From contig JBFXLE010000003.1 of the NCBI GenBank assembly GCA_050173015.1, positions 160,001 through 224,000 on the forward strand: 64,000 nt of DNA. The letters run 5' to 3'. Below, one piece after another: positions 20,187 through 29,967 of this stretch (position 1 is the stretch's first letter; each line of letters opens with the position of its first letter). A program made the translations under genes and the position numbers. Below the pieces are notes generated by a model. The model made no database searches. It had not been told where the DNA came from and saw only the letters and a list, made by a program, of their open reading frames with translations. The DNA is from Calditrichaceae bacterium. GTDB taxonomy: Bacteria > Calditrichota > Calditrichia > Calditrichales > JBFXGD01.

Positions 20187-21077
20187 TTATTGCTTTTTTG
20201 AACATACGTTTAACGCTTTTGGTAAAATCTTTATCTTCAATTCTGATAGACTCTTTTTAGGTTCTCCATCCACGTGGTACAAACCGCTTTTTCCGGAACG
20301 TATTATTTTTAGTTCAGTTGTCTGAAATCTGCTGTATGTGGAAAGTGTATCTATTTTATTGTTGAATAAAGTTCCGATTTTTAGCAATCCCTCAATAAAA
20401 GGAATTTTTTCGATAATACACACGTCTAGTAACCCGTCCTCAAGATCCGCTCCGGGCGCGATGACCGCGCCATTGCCATATTGTGGAGAATTTGCGATTG
20501 TAATCAATAGCGGTCGTACAATACTTGTTTGTTCATTACTGATGATCCTAAATTCTTCAAACTGATATTTAAAATATTCTTTCACACCGATATAGAAATA
20601 TGGAAGAGGACCTCGAAGACCAAATTCCTGAAACCGGGCGCCGATCTGCGCGTCAAATCCGACACCGGCCACGCCAAAAAAATAATCGTCCGCAATGCGC
20701 CCGACATCAATACTCCTGGGGTGGGAGTTCATTATAAAGGAAATCGCCTTTCCGGTATCAAGAGGAATTCCCAGAGATCTGGCGAATCCATTTCCCGATC
20801 CCGTGGGTATAACCCCGAATATTGTCTCACTGTTTACAAGACCTCCCGCAACTTCATTCATTGTCCCGTCGCCACCGACCGAAACCACATAGTCAATACC
20901 CTCGCTCACAGCCTCCCTGGCGATGACTCTTCCATGCCCGGGACCTTCAGTAAAAATCATTCGGTACCGATGTGAGGTTTGATGCTGAAAATGCTGTTTA
21001 ATAAGATTTTTAATCTCATCGGATTTATTTTTTTTGCCTGAACGGGGATTAACTATAAACCAGTACTCCATAAGCAT
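20187..21077 (-). CDS. Diacylglycerol/lipid kinase (YegS/BmrU family)
   Basis: NPRSG, GGDGTMNE, PTGSGNGFA, HVDGE motifs. Confidence 0.92.
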   Translation of the reverse strand: MLMEYWFIVNPRSGKKNKSDEIKNLIKQHFQHQTSHRYRMIFTEGPGHGRVIAREAVSEGIDYVVSVGGDGTMNEVAGGLVNSETIFGVIPTGSGNGFARSLGIPLDTGKAISFIMNSHPRSIDVGRIADDYFFGVAGVGFDAQIGARFQEFGLRGPLPYFYIGVKEYFKYQFEEFRIISNEQTSIVRPLLITIANSPQYGNGAVIAPGADLEDGLLDVCIIEKIPFIEGLLKIGTLFNNKIDTLSTYSRFQTTELKIIRSGKSGLYHVDGEPKKSLSELKIKILPKALNVCSKKQ

Positions 21078-21116
21078 CCTTTCCCGATCACCATGATTTA
21101 ATTTCTTAAAGGGTGC

Positions 21117-21145
21117 AATATACGAGTACCATTTAATCTCCGCAA
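21117..21145 (-). promoter_or_regulatory. Sigma70-type promoter for the lipid kinase-glnA unit
   Basis: TTGCGG-17 nt-TATATT. Confidence 0.45.
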
Positions 21146-21386
21146 TAATTATTATGGTGCTGATCTATTTTTTTCACATTTTGTGACATTTTGCATTTTC
21201 ACAATCCGGTATTATGAATACAATTTTGCGTATTGTGACCATATTATAGCATTTTTGACACTATTATACACTCATCCCGATCAATGTGTCTGTCATTTTT
21301 GAATATAGATACGGAAATTATTAAGAAATATACAAAGATTGATATATGCATTTAGGGTTTCTGGAAAATATCAGCGGAAAATTTAG

Positions 21387-21420
21387 AAAAAAAAAGGCAA
21401 CCATATGGTTGCCCTTTTTT
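21387..21420 (-). terminator. Intrinsic terminator after tonB
   Basis: GGCAACC-ATAT-GGTTGCC flanked by A/T tracts. Confidence 0.8.
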
Positions 21421-22048
21421 ATTTGAGTTTGAACTGGAAAGGAATGTTCATTTTAACTTTTACAAATTTATCCCTTTGCTTAGCGGGTTTGAAGGTACAC
21501 TTCTTTGCCGCTTCCAAAGCTGCCTCGTCTAACATAGGTATCGATTTAAAAACTCTCGCATCCTGAACTATACCTGTTTTGCTGATGGTCACAGTAATGA
21601 CTACAATTCCTTCAATACCGGCTTTACGGGCCAAATCAGGAAACTGAGGTGTCTCTTTGTGAACCAGCACCGGTTTCTCAGAAACGGCGAAGAATTCGTA
21701 AACTTCATCTTCTTCAGGTGGAGGAGGAGGAGGTAACTCTTCAAATCGTTCAAAATTAACCTCTGTTTCTGCAATTGTTACATCGTCCAGCAAATCTTCA
21801 TCTTCAGATTCCACAGGTATAGATGGTCTTGATGGGGGAGGTGGTTTCTGGACCTGCTGTGTTTTAGGAATTTCGATCGTTTCGATGATAATATCCGGTT
21901 GTTCCGGAAGAGTCATCCCGGTTTCGAATTTCTTAAATGCATAAAATACCAATATCAGTATTAACAATGATATTGCAATTGCGGCTTCCAGGGCTTTTCT
22001 ATATTTTAGTCTCAAGTCAGCTTCAGGATTTTTTTTCAATGCCTTCAT
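21419..22048 (-). CDS. tonB: Energy transducer TonB
   Basis: TM anchor, Pro-rich linker, C-terminal P.LAR.AGIEG..LDEAAL..FKPA. Confidence 0.9.
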   Translation of the reverse strand: MKALKKNPEADLRLKYRKALEAAIAISLLILILVFYAFKKFETGMTLPEQPDIIIETIEIPKTQQVQKPPPPSRPSIPVESEDEDLLDDVTIAETEVNFERFEELPPPPPPEEDEVYEFFAVSEKPVLVHKETPQFPDLARKAGIEGIVVITVTISKTGIVQDARVFKSIPMLDEAALEAAKKCTFKPAKQRDKFVKVKMNIPFQFKLK

Positions 22049-22465
22049 TTAAAATACTCCTGGTATTGCTGAATAATTAATTCGAAGTGCACTTGCTTTC
22101 CTTAGTTCCTGATGCACTTTATTTACAATTCCCATATTGGCCGTTTTATCAATTTTCAACGCGACGATAAGTTGAGGATCAGTTACTAATTTTTGATATA
22201 CGACATTACGCAAATCATTAACTTTTTTAATTGCTACGTCATCACAAATTATCTGGCTGTCTCTATCCAGCCAAATTGTGGCAACATGGCGTTTCGATCC
22301 TTCGATTTTCTTAATTTTTACGGCATCAGGAAGCTGTACTTTCAAGCCCGAATATTGCTTAAAAACAGTCGCGACCATAAAAAATATCAAAAGCATGAAG
22401 ATGATATCCGGCATGGATGCCGTCGGGATCGCAACATTTATCTTACTTTTTTTCGAAAATTTCAT
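22049..22465 (-). CDS. exbD: ExbD/TolR biopolymer transporter
   Basis: TM motif ASMPDIIFMLLIFFMV. Confidence 0.9.
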   Translation of the reverse strand: MKFSKKSKINVAIPTASMPDIIFMLLIFFMVATVFKQYSGLKVQLPDAVKIKKIEGSKRHVATIWLDRDSQIICDDVAIKKVNDLRNVVYQKLVTDPQLIVALKIDKTANMGIVNKVHQELRKASALRINYSAIPGVF

Positions 22466-22483
22466 AATATACAGCCTCTAGTG

Positions 22484-22891
22484 TTAATCTTCTTCTGGTT
22501 CAGCCAGTGATATACGTTTTGCTTCCGCCTTTTTTAGTTGATCTAAAACTTTGATATAAGTTTCGTATCTTGTTTCTTTATCCGTTTTCACAGAAACGAT
22601 CAACAACTCATTTTCATAAATCTTCTCTTTTACCGCCCGCGCGACATCAGAGAGTTCAATGAGCTCGTTATCCAACAAAATTTGTCCCTGTGCATTCACA
22701 AGCAGATTGGTTAGATTCTTCTTTGGAACTTTAATTTCGATATCACCCGGAGCGGGAAGTACCAAATCCAAACCTTTTTCCGTATCAATGGATGTTGTTA
22801 CCAGGAAGAAAATCAACAACAGGAAAACGATGTCAGACAAGGATGCTGACGGAATTTCAACGTTTTTATCTCGTTTTTTACCGAGTAACAT
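22484..22891 (-). CDS. exbD: ExbD/TolR biopolymer transporter (second copy)
   Basis: TM motif ASLSDIVFLLLIFFLV. Confidence 0.9.
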   Translation of the reverse strand: MLLGKKRDKNVEIPSASLSDIVFLLLIFFLVTTSIDTEKGLDLVLPAPGDIEIKVPKKNLTNLLVNAQGQILLDNELIELSDVARAVKEKIYENELLIVSVKTDKETRYETYIKVLDQLKKAEAKRISLAEPEED

Positions 22892-22916
22892 ATTTCTTCC
22901 TCAATTAACAGGGTAA

Positions 22917-23534
22917 TTATTTATTGGAATCTTGCATTTCAATTAATGCATCCATTAGCTCGACGGAACTTTCTTCCATATCAATGATCAATTTATCAAT
23001 TCTGGATGTGAAGAAGTTGTAAAACACCTGAATGATCATAGCGACAACCAAACCAAAAAGCGTGGTCAACAAAGCCTGAGAAATACCACCCGCTACGATA
23101 GCAGGAGAAATATCATTAGCTTTCTTAATAGCGTCAAAAGCGCCAACCATACCGGCTACTGTTCCGGTAAATCCTAACATCGGTGCCAGAACGATAACCG
23201 TTGTCAACACAACCATACCTCTTTCAAGAAATGCCATTTCGATAGATCCAGCGTTTGTGATTGCTTTCTCCACATGCGACAATCCTTTATCGGCTCTTGA
23301 AAGACCCGCATGTAATATTGAAGCGACCGGGCCAGTTGTTTTTTCACATTCCGCGGCAGCGCCTTCAATGCCACCTTCCTGTAATGCCGCATGTAACCTG
23401 GTCAAAAATTTTCTAGTATTTACAGATGCCCGTGTTAAAGTCCATAAGCGTTCCAATGAATAAGCCAGCCCAATGATCAACAGACCAAGGATCGGCCACA
23501 TGAATATCCCACCGGCTAAAAAAAGCTCTACCAT
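22917..23534 (-). CDS. exbB: ExbB/TolQ/MotA proton channel
   Basis: APMLGFTGTV.GM..AF, GISQALLTT.FGL.VA motifs. Confidence 0.92.
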   Translation of the reverse strand: MVELFLAGGIFMWPILGLLIIGLAYSLERLWTLTRASVNTRKFLTRLHAALQEGGIEGAAAECEKTTGPVASILHAGLSRADKGLSHVEKAITNAGSIEMAFLERGMVVLTTVIVLAPMLGFTGTVAGMVGAFDAIKKANDISPAIVAGGISQALLTTLFGLVVAMIIQVFYNFFTSRIDKLIIDMEESSVELMDALIEMQDSNK

Positions 23535-23605
23535 ACCAATAACTCCTAATTATATTTTTCGTTGTACTTATTTAACCACGATTTCCAAACCATAGAATGT
23601 TTTCA

Positions 23606-23634
23606 AGTATAATATTTTTAACTTTTAAAGTCAA
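23606..23634 (-). promoter_or_regulatory. Sigma70 promoter of exbB-exbD-exbD-tonB
   Basis: TTGACT-17 nt-TATACT. Confidence 0.65.
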
Positions 23635-23635
23635 T

Positions 23636-25288
23636 TTATTTTTGATTCTGCGGGCTTTGACCTAACTGTGCCAATTTTATTGATTCAGGGAATAATTTCA
23701 CTGCTGTCTGAAATTGATTATCATATTGAGAGAAAACCTGCCAATAACTGCTCACCCCCCAATAAGTCCTGGCAATCTCGGCTTTTAGCCGGATTTTCAG
23801 GAATTCCTCATCATTTTGAAATTCATCACCACTAAACTTAATATTCTTCTTCTCCGCGGCGGAACGAAGGGCTAACAGGAGATCCGGATCGACCTTAAAG
23901 TCCTTCAGAAAATCAGCATACCGGTCTTTCCAATGAGTATTGTGATTTGAAAAATGTGTGGCGACTTCAAAAAAGATTCGTTTTTGTAAAAATTTCTGAG
24001 TCATCTTCGGGGATTTCGAATAACTTTTATAAACGACTATCGTATCAGGCGTGATTCCCCCGCCGCCAAACACGCTCCTTCCCCCTTTGGTTGTGTACAC
24101 CGGTCTTTCTTTAACACTGTCATCGGTTACGGATTTTGTTGAATCGAGCCTCTCGTCATCATAGTTAAGGTCCGTGTAATATTCTCCGATATTTTTATCC
24201 TTATAAGGCCTTTGGATCAGTCTGCCGCTCGGAGTATAATACTTTGACACCGTCAATCTGAGTTTTGAGTCATCATTTAACACAAATTCATTCTGGACAA
24301 GCCCTTTTCCAAAACTATTTGTTCCCACAATAAGCCCGCGGTCGTAATCCTGAATAGCTCCCGCAACAATTTCCGATGCGCTTGCTGATCCATGGTCTAT
24401 CAAGATCACCAGTGGATAATCCCGTTTTATCGAACTCCCAAAATCATCGGTAAAATATTCCTCATCATATCTTGGAAGCCTCCCTTTCGTGTACACTACA
24501 AGATCATGGCCATCAATAAATTTGCCGACGATCTCGACCGCCTGGCGCAGATACCCTCCGCCATTTCCCCTTAGGTCTAAAAGAAGTCTCTTCATACCCT
24601 GTTTTTCAAGAGTAATAAGAGCTGTCTCCACCTCATCGGCCGTGGTACTCGCAAAACGATTCAGCCAGATATAACCGGTGATTTCATCTGCCATAAAATA
24701 TGTATTGACTGTAAAAATCGGTATTTCATCTCTGATCAGCGTAAATTCAATCGGTTCATCAAATCCCTCTCGGGCTACCGTTACTTTTACCGGTGTCCCC
24801 TTGGGGCCTTTCAGCTTGGCTGGCACTTCGGTTGAATTGATACCGTAGGCGCTTACATTGTCTATCATTATAATTCGGTCACCGGCCATCAACCCGGCTT
24901 CTTCGGAAGGAGAACCCGGAATAACAGAGATCACCGTGAGATAGCTTTCAATAACGTCATAATGGATTCCTATGCCTTCATAGCGACCCTGAAAATTTTC
25001 TTCATTCTGTCTTGCTTCTTCAGCTGTGAAATATACCGAATGCGGATCAAGTGTTTCCAGCATGCCTTTTATGGCGCCATTCATCGATTTATTCCAATCC
25101 ACATCATCTACATAATAATTTTGGACATATCCCAGCACTTCATTAATCTTCTGAACATTCTGTTTCTTCGCGGAAATTTCATCCCCATCCGCGAACAAAT
25201 ATCCGTCATACTGCCAGGCAACAAATGTCAGCAGGGCCAACAACAGAAAAAGCAGGGGAAATATTGATTTGTTCCGTGGCATGACCAC
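23636..25288 (-). CDS. S41 carboxyl-terminal processing protease
   Basis: LDPHS, PDZ domain, DLRGNGGG, SASASEIVAG, FGKGLVQ, YYTPSGR motifs. Confidence 0.95.
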   Translation of the reverse strand: MVMPRNKSIFPLLFLLLALLTFVAWQYDGYLFADGDEISAKKQNVQKINEVLGYVQNYYVDDVDWNKSMNGAIKGMLETLDPHSVYFTAEEARQNEENFQGRYEGIGIHYDVIESYLTVISVIPGSPSEEAGLMAGDRIIMIDNVSAYGINSTEVPAKLKGPKGTPVKVTVAREGFDEPIEFTLIRDEIPIFTVNTYFMADEITGYIWLNRFASTTADEVETALITLEKQGMKRLLLDLRGNGGGYLRQAVEIVGKFIDGHDLVVYTKGRLPRYDEEYFTDDFGSSIKRDYPLVILIDHGSASASEIVAGAIQDYDRGLIVGTNSFGKGLVQNEFVLNDDSKLRLTVSKYYTPSGRLIQRPYKDKNIGEYYTDLNYDDERLDSTKSVTDDSVKERPVYTTKGGRSVFGGGGITPDTIVVYKSYSKSPKMTQKFLQKRIFFEVATHFSNHNTHWKDRYADFLKDFKVDPDLLLALRSAAEKKNIKFSGDEFQNDEEFLKIRLKAEIARTYWGVSSYWQVFSQYDNQFQTAVKLFPESIKLAQLGQSPQNQK

Positions 25289-25294
25289 CTCGTT

Positions 25295-27445
25295 CTAAAT
25301 TGTTTCTACACGATGATTGATTTTAACCGACCACTCATCTGAGAACTCCGTTTTCCACATCAACAATACAGATGAACTTTGATATACACGTTCAAATCCG
25401 GCTTCTGAAAGAGAAATTGTTTCAACTGGCATCCGCCAAATTTTGGCTTTTTTATCTGATTTAAGCTGAATATCGATTTTCATATATTCATCCTTCAAAC
25501 CTATAAAATCGATGTCGTTGATTTCTGCCATTGAATCCAGATAAGGATTTTCAGGTTTTCCGGCGACCAAATAGTAATAGCGGTCATCGGCGTGACCGGC
25601 CTGCAGCCCGAAATTGAATTCAACGCCAAAGTCCAGTGATAATTTTTCTTTTCCCGGATTTTTTATTTTGTACTCCGCGACAATCTCCGAACCGGTGTTA
25701 TAGATAGTCACTCTTTTTTCCAGAATCAGATTCACCGGTTTATCGTTCAATCTGACAAAACCGCTTCTCTCAAAATCAAGAGTGACATAATCCTTATTTT
25801 TCACTTTATGCTTCAGAGTATAAGGCTCTAAGACAAAATCACCCAATTCATCATATTTTGAGTTGAAAAAATCATTAATCGTTGAATCAGGATTGATGAA
25901 ATGATCGATAAATGATTTACGTTCATACCAGTCATAATTTAAGTACTTCTCAAGGCCGGCTTCTTTCGCCAACACAAGATCATGGATACTTGCCGTGCCT
26001 TCTGTACCATTTGGCTGATTTTCACCAACAATCCTGGCGTCTTTCAATTTATAATGATAGCCTTCTTTTCTGCGCGTCATCGTGTCCAGCAGGTTTTTGG
26101 CAGCCGGTTTATAATCATACTCAAACATAGCCGCGCCGGCCATGGGTTTAAAATAAACGTTATGAACCGGTGTTTCAACCAAAACTTCATCCCGGCCATC
26201 AAGATCGAAGTCATAAACTTCCAAAACCGGGTAATCGGGCGGCTGAAATTTGTCCAGAATTTTTTCCGCGTTGATCAGGCTGTTATAAATCGCGTGACGA
26301 AGATGACTTAGATACAGTCCACCGAACACACCGTGCCAATAGGGACAGTTACACTGGCCCGCCCAAAGCTGATCAAATGCCGGTGATAGTCGCGCCTGAT
26401 TTTTATCAGCAACTGTCCATAGTTTTTGACTAACCCGAAGCATTTTTTTATGCATATTATTTACTTCAGGATATTTTGTCATAAAATTCCGCCAGAATCC
26501 GCCCCTTACAAATATACCGTATCTGTCGAATAAATTTTTCTCCTTCAACTCATGTTCAAATACTTCAAAATCATTAAAGGTTTTTGGAAATAATGACCAG
26601 TGCATCATCTCTGAATAAGAGGCCGTAGGCAAAAATATTTTATTTTTCGGCTGAACCCGTTCAAACACCTCGTCGAAATGGAGCATCTCGATCCAGTTCA
26701 TATTCTCCTCAACGGCGGTAAAAAATTTTTCCAGCCAGCCATTTTCATAAACATGACGATACGTTTCCGGCCACACGCCAAACTTTTCACCGTCGTCCGC
26801 GAAAACAATCACATTTTTTCCATCTTCGGTAGCCATATCCCTCAAATATGAAATAGTGGCTTGTGGATCCTGAAACGGGATGGTGTATCGCAGATGTTTA
26901 CTAATGGGAAAAAGAAAGACTTTGTTCCCCAAATCTTCCGTAATAAAGTATCCGGTAAGTTCATCTTCTGTCAGACCCGCATATTTAAAATGCGTATCAT
27001 CCACGACAGAGTAACTGATCCCGGCTTCTGAAAGGGTTGTCGGCAAAGTTGGCTCCCATACGCGCTCAGCCATCCACATACCCGTTGCATCATATCCGAA
27101 AAGATCTTTAACGCGGTTGGTTAATTTTTTTATCTGGCCTTTACGATCATTTGGGGGAATAACCGATATTATCGGCTCGTAATAACCGCCACTCATAATT
27201 TCCAGCTGACCCGCCCCGGTCATCTCTTTTATCATATCCAGCAATTCGGGATGATGGATTTCTATCCAATCCAGCAAAATACCCGTAAAATGTATTGAAA
27301 TTCTAATTTTAGGATGTCTTTGGAGTACTTCGAGAAATGGCAGATACGATTTCTGATAAGCTTCCTCGAAAACAAAATCAAAATTACCAATCGGCTGATG
27401 ATTGTGTATCCCCAGCACAAATTTAACTTTTTTCATCAAAACCAC
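25295..27445 (-). CDS. GH57 alpha-amylase / 4-alpha-glucanotransferase
   Basis: HNHQP, W.AERVWE, DDGEKFG, QCNCPYWHGVFGG motifs. Confidence 0.93.
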   Translation of the reverse strand: MVLMKKVKFVLGIHNHQPIGNFDFVFEEAYQKSYLPFLEVLQRHPKIRISIHFTGILLDWIEIHHPELLDMIKEMTGAGQLEIMSGGYYEPIISVIPPNDRKGQIKKLTNRVKDLFGYDATGMWMAERVWEPTLPTTLSEAGISYSVVDDTHFKYAGLTEDELTGYFITEDLGNKVFLFPISKHLRYTIPFQDPQATISYLRDMATEDGKNVIVFADDGEKFGVWPETYRHVYENGWLEKFFTAVEENMNWIEMLHFDEVFERVQPKNKIFLPTASYSEMMHWSLFPKTFNDFEVFEHELKEKNLFDRYGIFVRGGFWRNFMTKYPEVNNMHKKMLRVSQKLWTVADKNQARLSPAFDQLWAGQCNCPYWHGVFGGLYLSHLRHAIYNSLINAEKILDKFQPPDYPVLEVYDFDLDGRDEVLVETPVHNVYFKPMAGAAMFEYDYKPAAKNLLDTMTRRKEGYHYKLKDARIVGENQPNGTEGTASIHDLVLAKEAGLEKYLNYDWYERKSFIDHFINPDSTINDFFNSKYDELGDFVLEPYTLKHKVKNKDYVTLDFERSGFVRLNDKPVNLILEKRVTIYNTGSEIVAEYKIKNPGKEKLSLDFGVEFNFGLQAGHADDRYYYLVAGKPENPYLDSMAEINDIDFIGLKDEYMKIDIQLKSDKKAKIWRMPVETISLSEAGFERVYQSSSVLLMWKTEFSDEWSVKINHRVETI

Positions 27446-27461
27446 CTGTAAACTACATTGA

Positions 27462-28310
27462 TCATAAAAATTTTAGGGTTAACATTTTATATATCAGTTT
27501 TGCCGCGAAAAAATCAGGATGAATGACGCCGGCCTTCGGACTAAGTTCAACCACATCAAATCCAACCACATTTTTTTGTTTAAACACATGTGTCAAAAAT
27601 TCCACCGTTTCGTACCACAAAAATCCGCCCGGCTCCGGAGTCCCTGTTGACGGCATGATAGATGGATCAAAATAATCCACATCTATTGTAATGAATACAT
27701 TTTCATTTAAGCGGTCAATAATATCATCACTCAGACCGCTTTTCCGCAGTGAATGAGCATAAAATGTATTTATTTTATTTTCCTTTATAAATTGCGCTTC
27801 TTCGATGCACTGCGAGCGAATACCCACCTGAACGATATCCTTATTCAGGTCATAAATCCTCCGCATAACGCTGGCGTGCGAATAAGGTGTTCCTTCATAG
27901 GACTCTCTCAGATCAGAATGCGCATCAAACTGCAATACACTTAGATGATCATACTTTTCGTGAAACGCGCGATAGATGGGGTAACTTACTGAATGTTCAC
28001 CTCCCAGGCCGACGGGAAACTTGCCATCTGCAAGTACACGCCTGAATTCTCTGGTGATGGTATCAAAATCATCTTCCGGGTTATTCCTAAAATGGAGAGC
28101 CGGTGCTGTGTGCACACCAGACCTATACATCTCACGATCATATTCTTCATCATATAGTTCAACGTATGCGGAAGCATCAATAATCGCCTGAGGGCCTAGT
28201 TTTGTGCCTTGCCCGTAACTTGTGGTATGCTCAAACGGCACCGGGATCACAACTGCGCGGGCCGAATTATAATCAATATACGGTGATTCTATACCCAAAA
28301 AATCTTTCAT
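27462..28310 (-). CDS. speB: Agmatinase
   Basis: GGEHS, DAHSD, D.D.FDPS, TGTPEPGG motifs; adjacent to an arginine decarboxylase. Confidence 0.93.
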   Translation of the reverse strand: MKDFLGIESPYIDYNSARAVVIPVPFEHTTSYGQGTKLGPQAIIDASAYVELYDEEYDREMYRSGVHTAPALHFRNNPEDDFDTITREFRRVLADGKFPVGLGGEHSVSYPIYRAFHEKYDHLSVLQFDAHSDLRESYEGTPYSHASVMRRIYDLNKDIVQVGIRSQCIEEAQFIKENKINTFYAHSLRKSGLSDDIIDRLNENVFITIDVDYFDPSIMPSTGTPEPGGFLWYETVEFLTHVFKQKNVVGFDVVELSPKAGVIHPDFFAAKLIYKMLTLKFL

Positions 28311-28340
28311 CTAAAACATTCCCTCGGTTTCTTCAAAATT

Positions 28341-28383
28341 AAAAAAAATCCCGGTTAGGCGGAATGCCTATGGATCCGGGATT
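28341..28383 (-). terminator. Terminator-like hairpin between the arginine decarboxylase gene and speB
   Basis: AUCCCGG-(bulge)-UAGGC-loop-GCCUA-ACCGGGAU followed by a U tract. Confidence 0.65.
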
Positions 28384-28445
28384 GTAGATTCAATAAGCGA
28401 TGCAATTTAACTATATCCCCAAAAGATGCTTCACGAACCGGTTAT

Positions 28446-28991
28446 TTAGGGAAGCAAAACAGCCGCGGTAAATACGGTCGTCCATAAACCATTTTCATCA
28501 CCATGCGAGCATTGCGTCATGTTCGATGTCTGCACAATCTTGTCTGAAATTTGCCAGATTTGTCTTTTTTCGTCCCAACTTGCTTCGGGATCAAATTCCA
28601 CTCCCAAAATCGTCGCCAGCATCTCTGCCGCCAGATCTTCCGCATAATCACCGGCCTTTTTTTCCACTTCACCAAAACTATGATGTTCACTAAGATATCC
28701 GTACGCGGTGACATCTTTCGGTATAGCTACTCCGATTGAAGCGGCAAGAAGCCGATTAGGCTCATTTGTCGCGTTTCTGCTGTAAACAGCGTGTACAATC
28801 TGCCCGGCGGTCATTTCTTTTAATCCTTCTTCCCGCTCGATTATTTCACAACCTGCCGGATAAATACTCGAAACAGCGACCAGGTTAAATGGCGCGAGAC
28901 CTGCATTTCTTAAAGCCATTTCAAAACTAGTTAATTGCTCCCGGCTTTTGCCGACCCCCTTCGTAAAGAAAATTTTTCTTGGAATATACAA
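28446..28991 (-). CDS. pdaD: Pyruvoyl-dependent arginine decarboxylase
   Basis: SFEMALRNAG...NLV.VSSI.P (Ser-Ser autocleavage site), GYLSEHH. Confidence 0.92.
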   Translation of the reverse strand: MYIPRKIFFTKGVGKSREQLTSFEMALRNAGLAPFNLVAVSSIYPAGCEIIEREEGLKEMTAGQIVHAVYSRNATNEPNRLLAASIGVAIPKDVTAYGYLSEHHSFGEVEKKAGDYAEDLAAEMLATILGVEFDPEASWDEKRQIWQISDKIVQTSNMTQCSHGDENGLWTTVFTAAVLLP

Positions 28992-29023
28992 TTTACCTCT
29001 CCGAATTAAAGTGGTTAAGTTAG

Positions 29024-29935
29024 TTAAATTATTTTATGGTCATCTTCATCCCAGCCGCGGATGATTTTTCTGTTCTTTATTTTGACGATTATGATAGCCA
29101 GAACAAAAAGGATTCCTATTATGACCCAAAATACATTGTCAAAGTTCAAAATAACTAACCAACGCAATCTATCATAAATATCCTGATACCACATAATTTC
29201 AAAATCTATCTGATCGTATCCAATCGTCGCGAGAAAAGCATCATTTACGGAACTATACATACCCAAATTTTGCAGCAGTTCCTGAATTTTTATCTCACCA
29301 AACTGCGAGATAAAATACTGTACCGCAGAGTAGGCTTCCGCATACGCTAATCTTGCCTTGGGTTTTCTAAAATTAAAGAGCGAATCAAGCGCGCTCAAAG
29401 GCAGAATACTTTTGCTCTGCAGCGCGTTTGCCAGCATGACCTTCTCATCCAGACCAAATTCCGCGCGGCTAATATATTCCGCGATTCCCTCATTCAGCCA
29501 GACCGGTATCTGTTCATCATTCAATCTCTGAGCGATGAACATGTGCGCCAATTCATGCATCAATACCTGCGGAGAACGCTTGATCTGTTCCGCATCATCG
29601 AGCTTCATCACAATCAAGCGCCGTCTGATGTGAGCAACTGCCTGAGCCCATTCGGGAACGGCATCTTCGGTAGCGGCTCTGAATGCTTTGTCAGAACACG
29701 CGATGCAAATTGTGATCACACTTCCGGGCTTATACCCAAAAAATTTTTCAAGCTCTGTTATTTTTGGCGAAACCTTCTCAAGTAGCATCCGGACAAGAAC
29801 GCTGTCACCCACTTCATATATAAAATGATAGCGGCCATATTCTATTCTCTTGTTCTCAGAAGCCTGAAAGGTTTCCACATCCAGGATCATCATTAACAGA
29901 GCTGCGAATATAAATATTTTCACCAGTTTGAACAA
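29024..29935 (-). CDS. Peptidase MA-like zinc metalloprotease, membrane-anchored
   Basis: HELAH...PVWLNEGIAEY; signal peptide and C-terminal TM. Confidence 0.85.
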   Translation of the reverse strand: MFKLVKIFIFAALLMMILDVETFQASENKRIEYGRYHFIYEVGDSVLVRMLLEKVSPKITELEKFFGYKPGSVITICIACSDKAFRAATEDAVPEWAQAVAHIRRRLIVMKLDDAEQIKRSPQVLMHELAHMFIAQRLNDEQIPVWLNEGIAEYISRAEFGLDEKVMLANALQSKSILPLSALDSLFNFRKPKARLAYAEAYSAVQYFISQFGEIKIQELLQNLGMYSSVNDAFLATIGYDQIDFEIMWYQDIYDRLRWLVILNFDNVFWVIIGILFVLAIIIVKIKNRKIIRGWDEDDHKII

Positions 29936-29967
29936 GTTAATTCTTATATTCGTATGACATTTTTTGA

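Noticed and set aside
21112-21132. Sigma54 promoter for the glnA unit (TGGTAC...TTGCA)
   Set aside because: GG and GC are 12 nt apart rather than 10; a sigma70 layout fits better.
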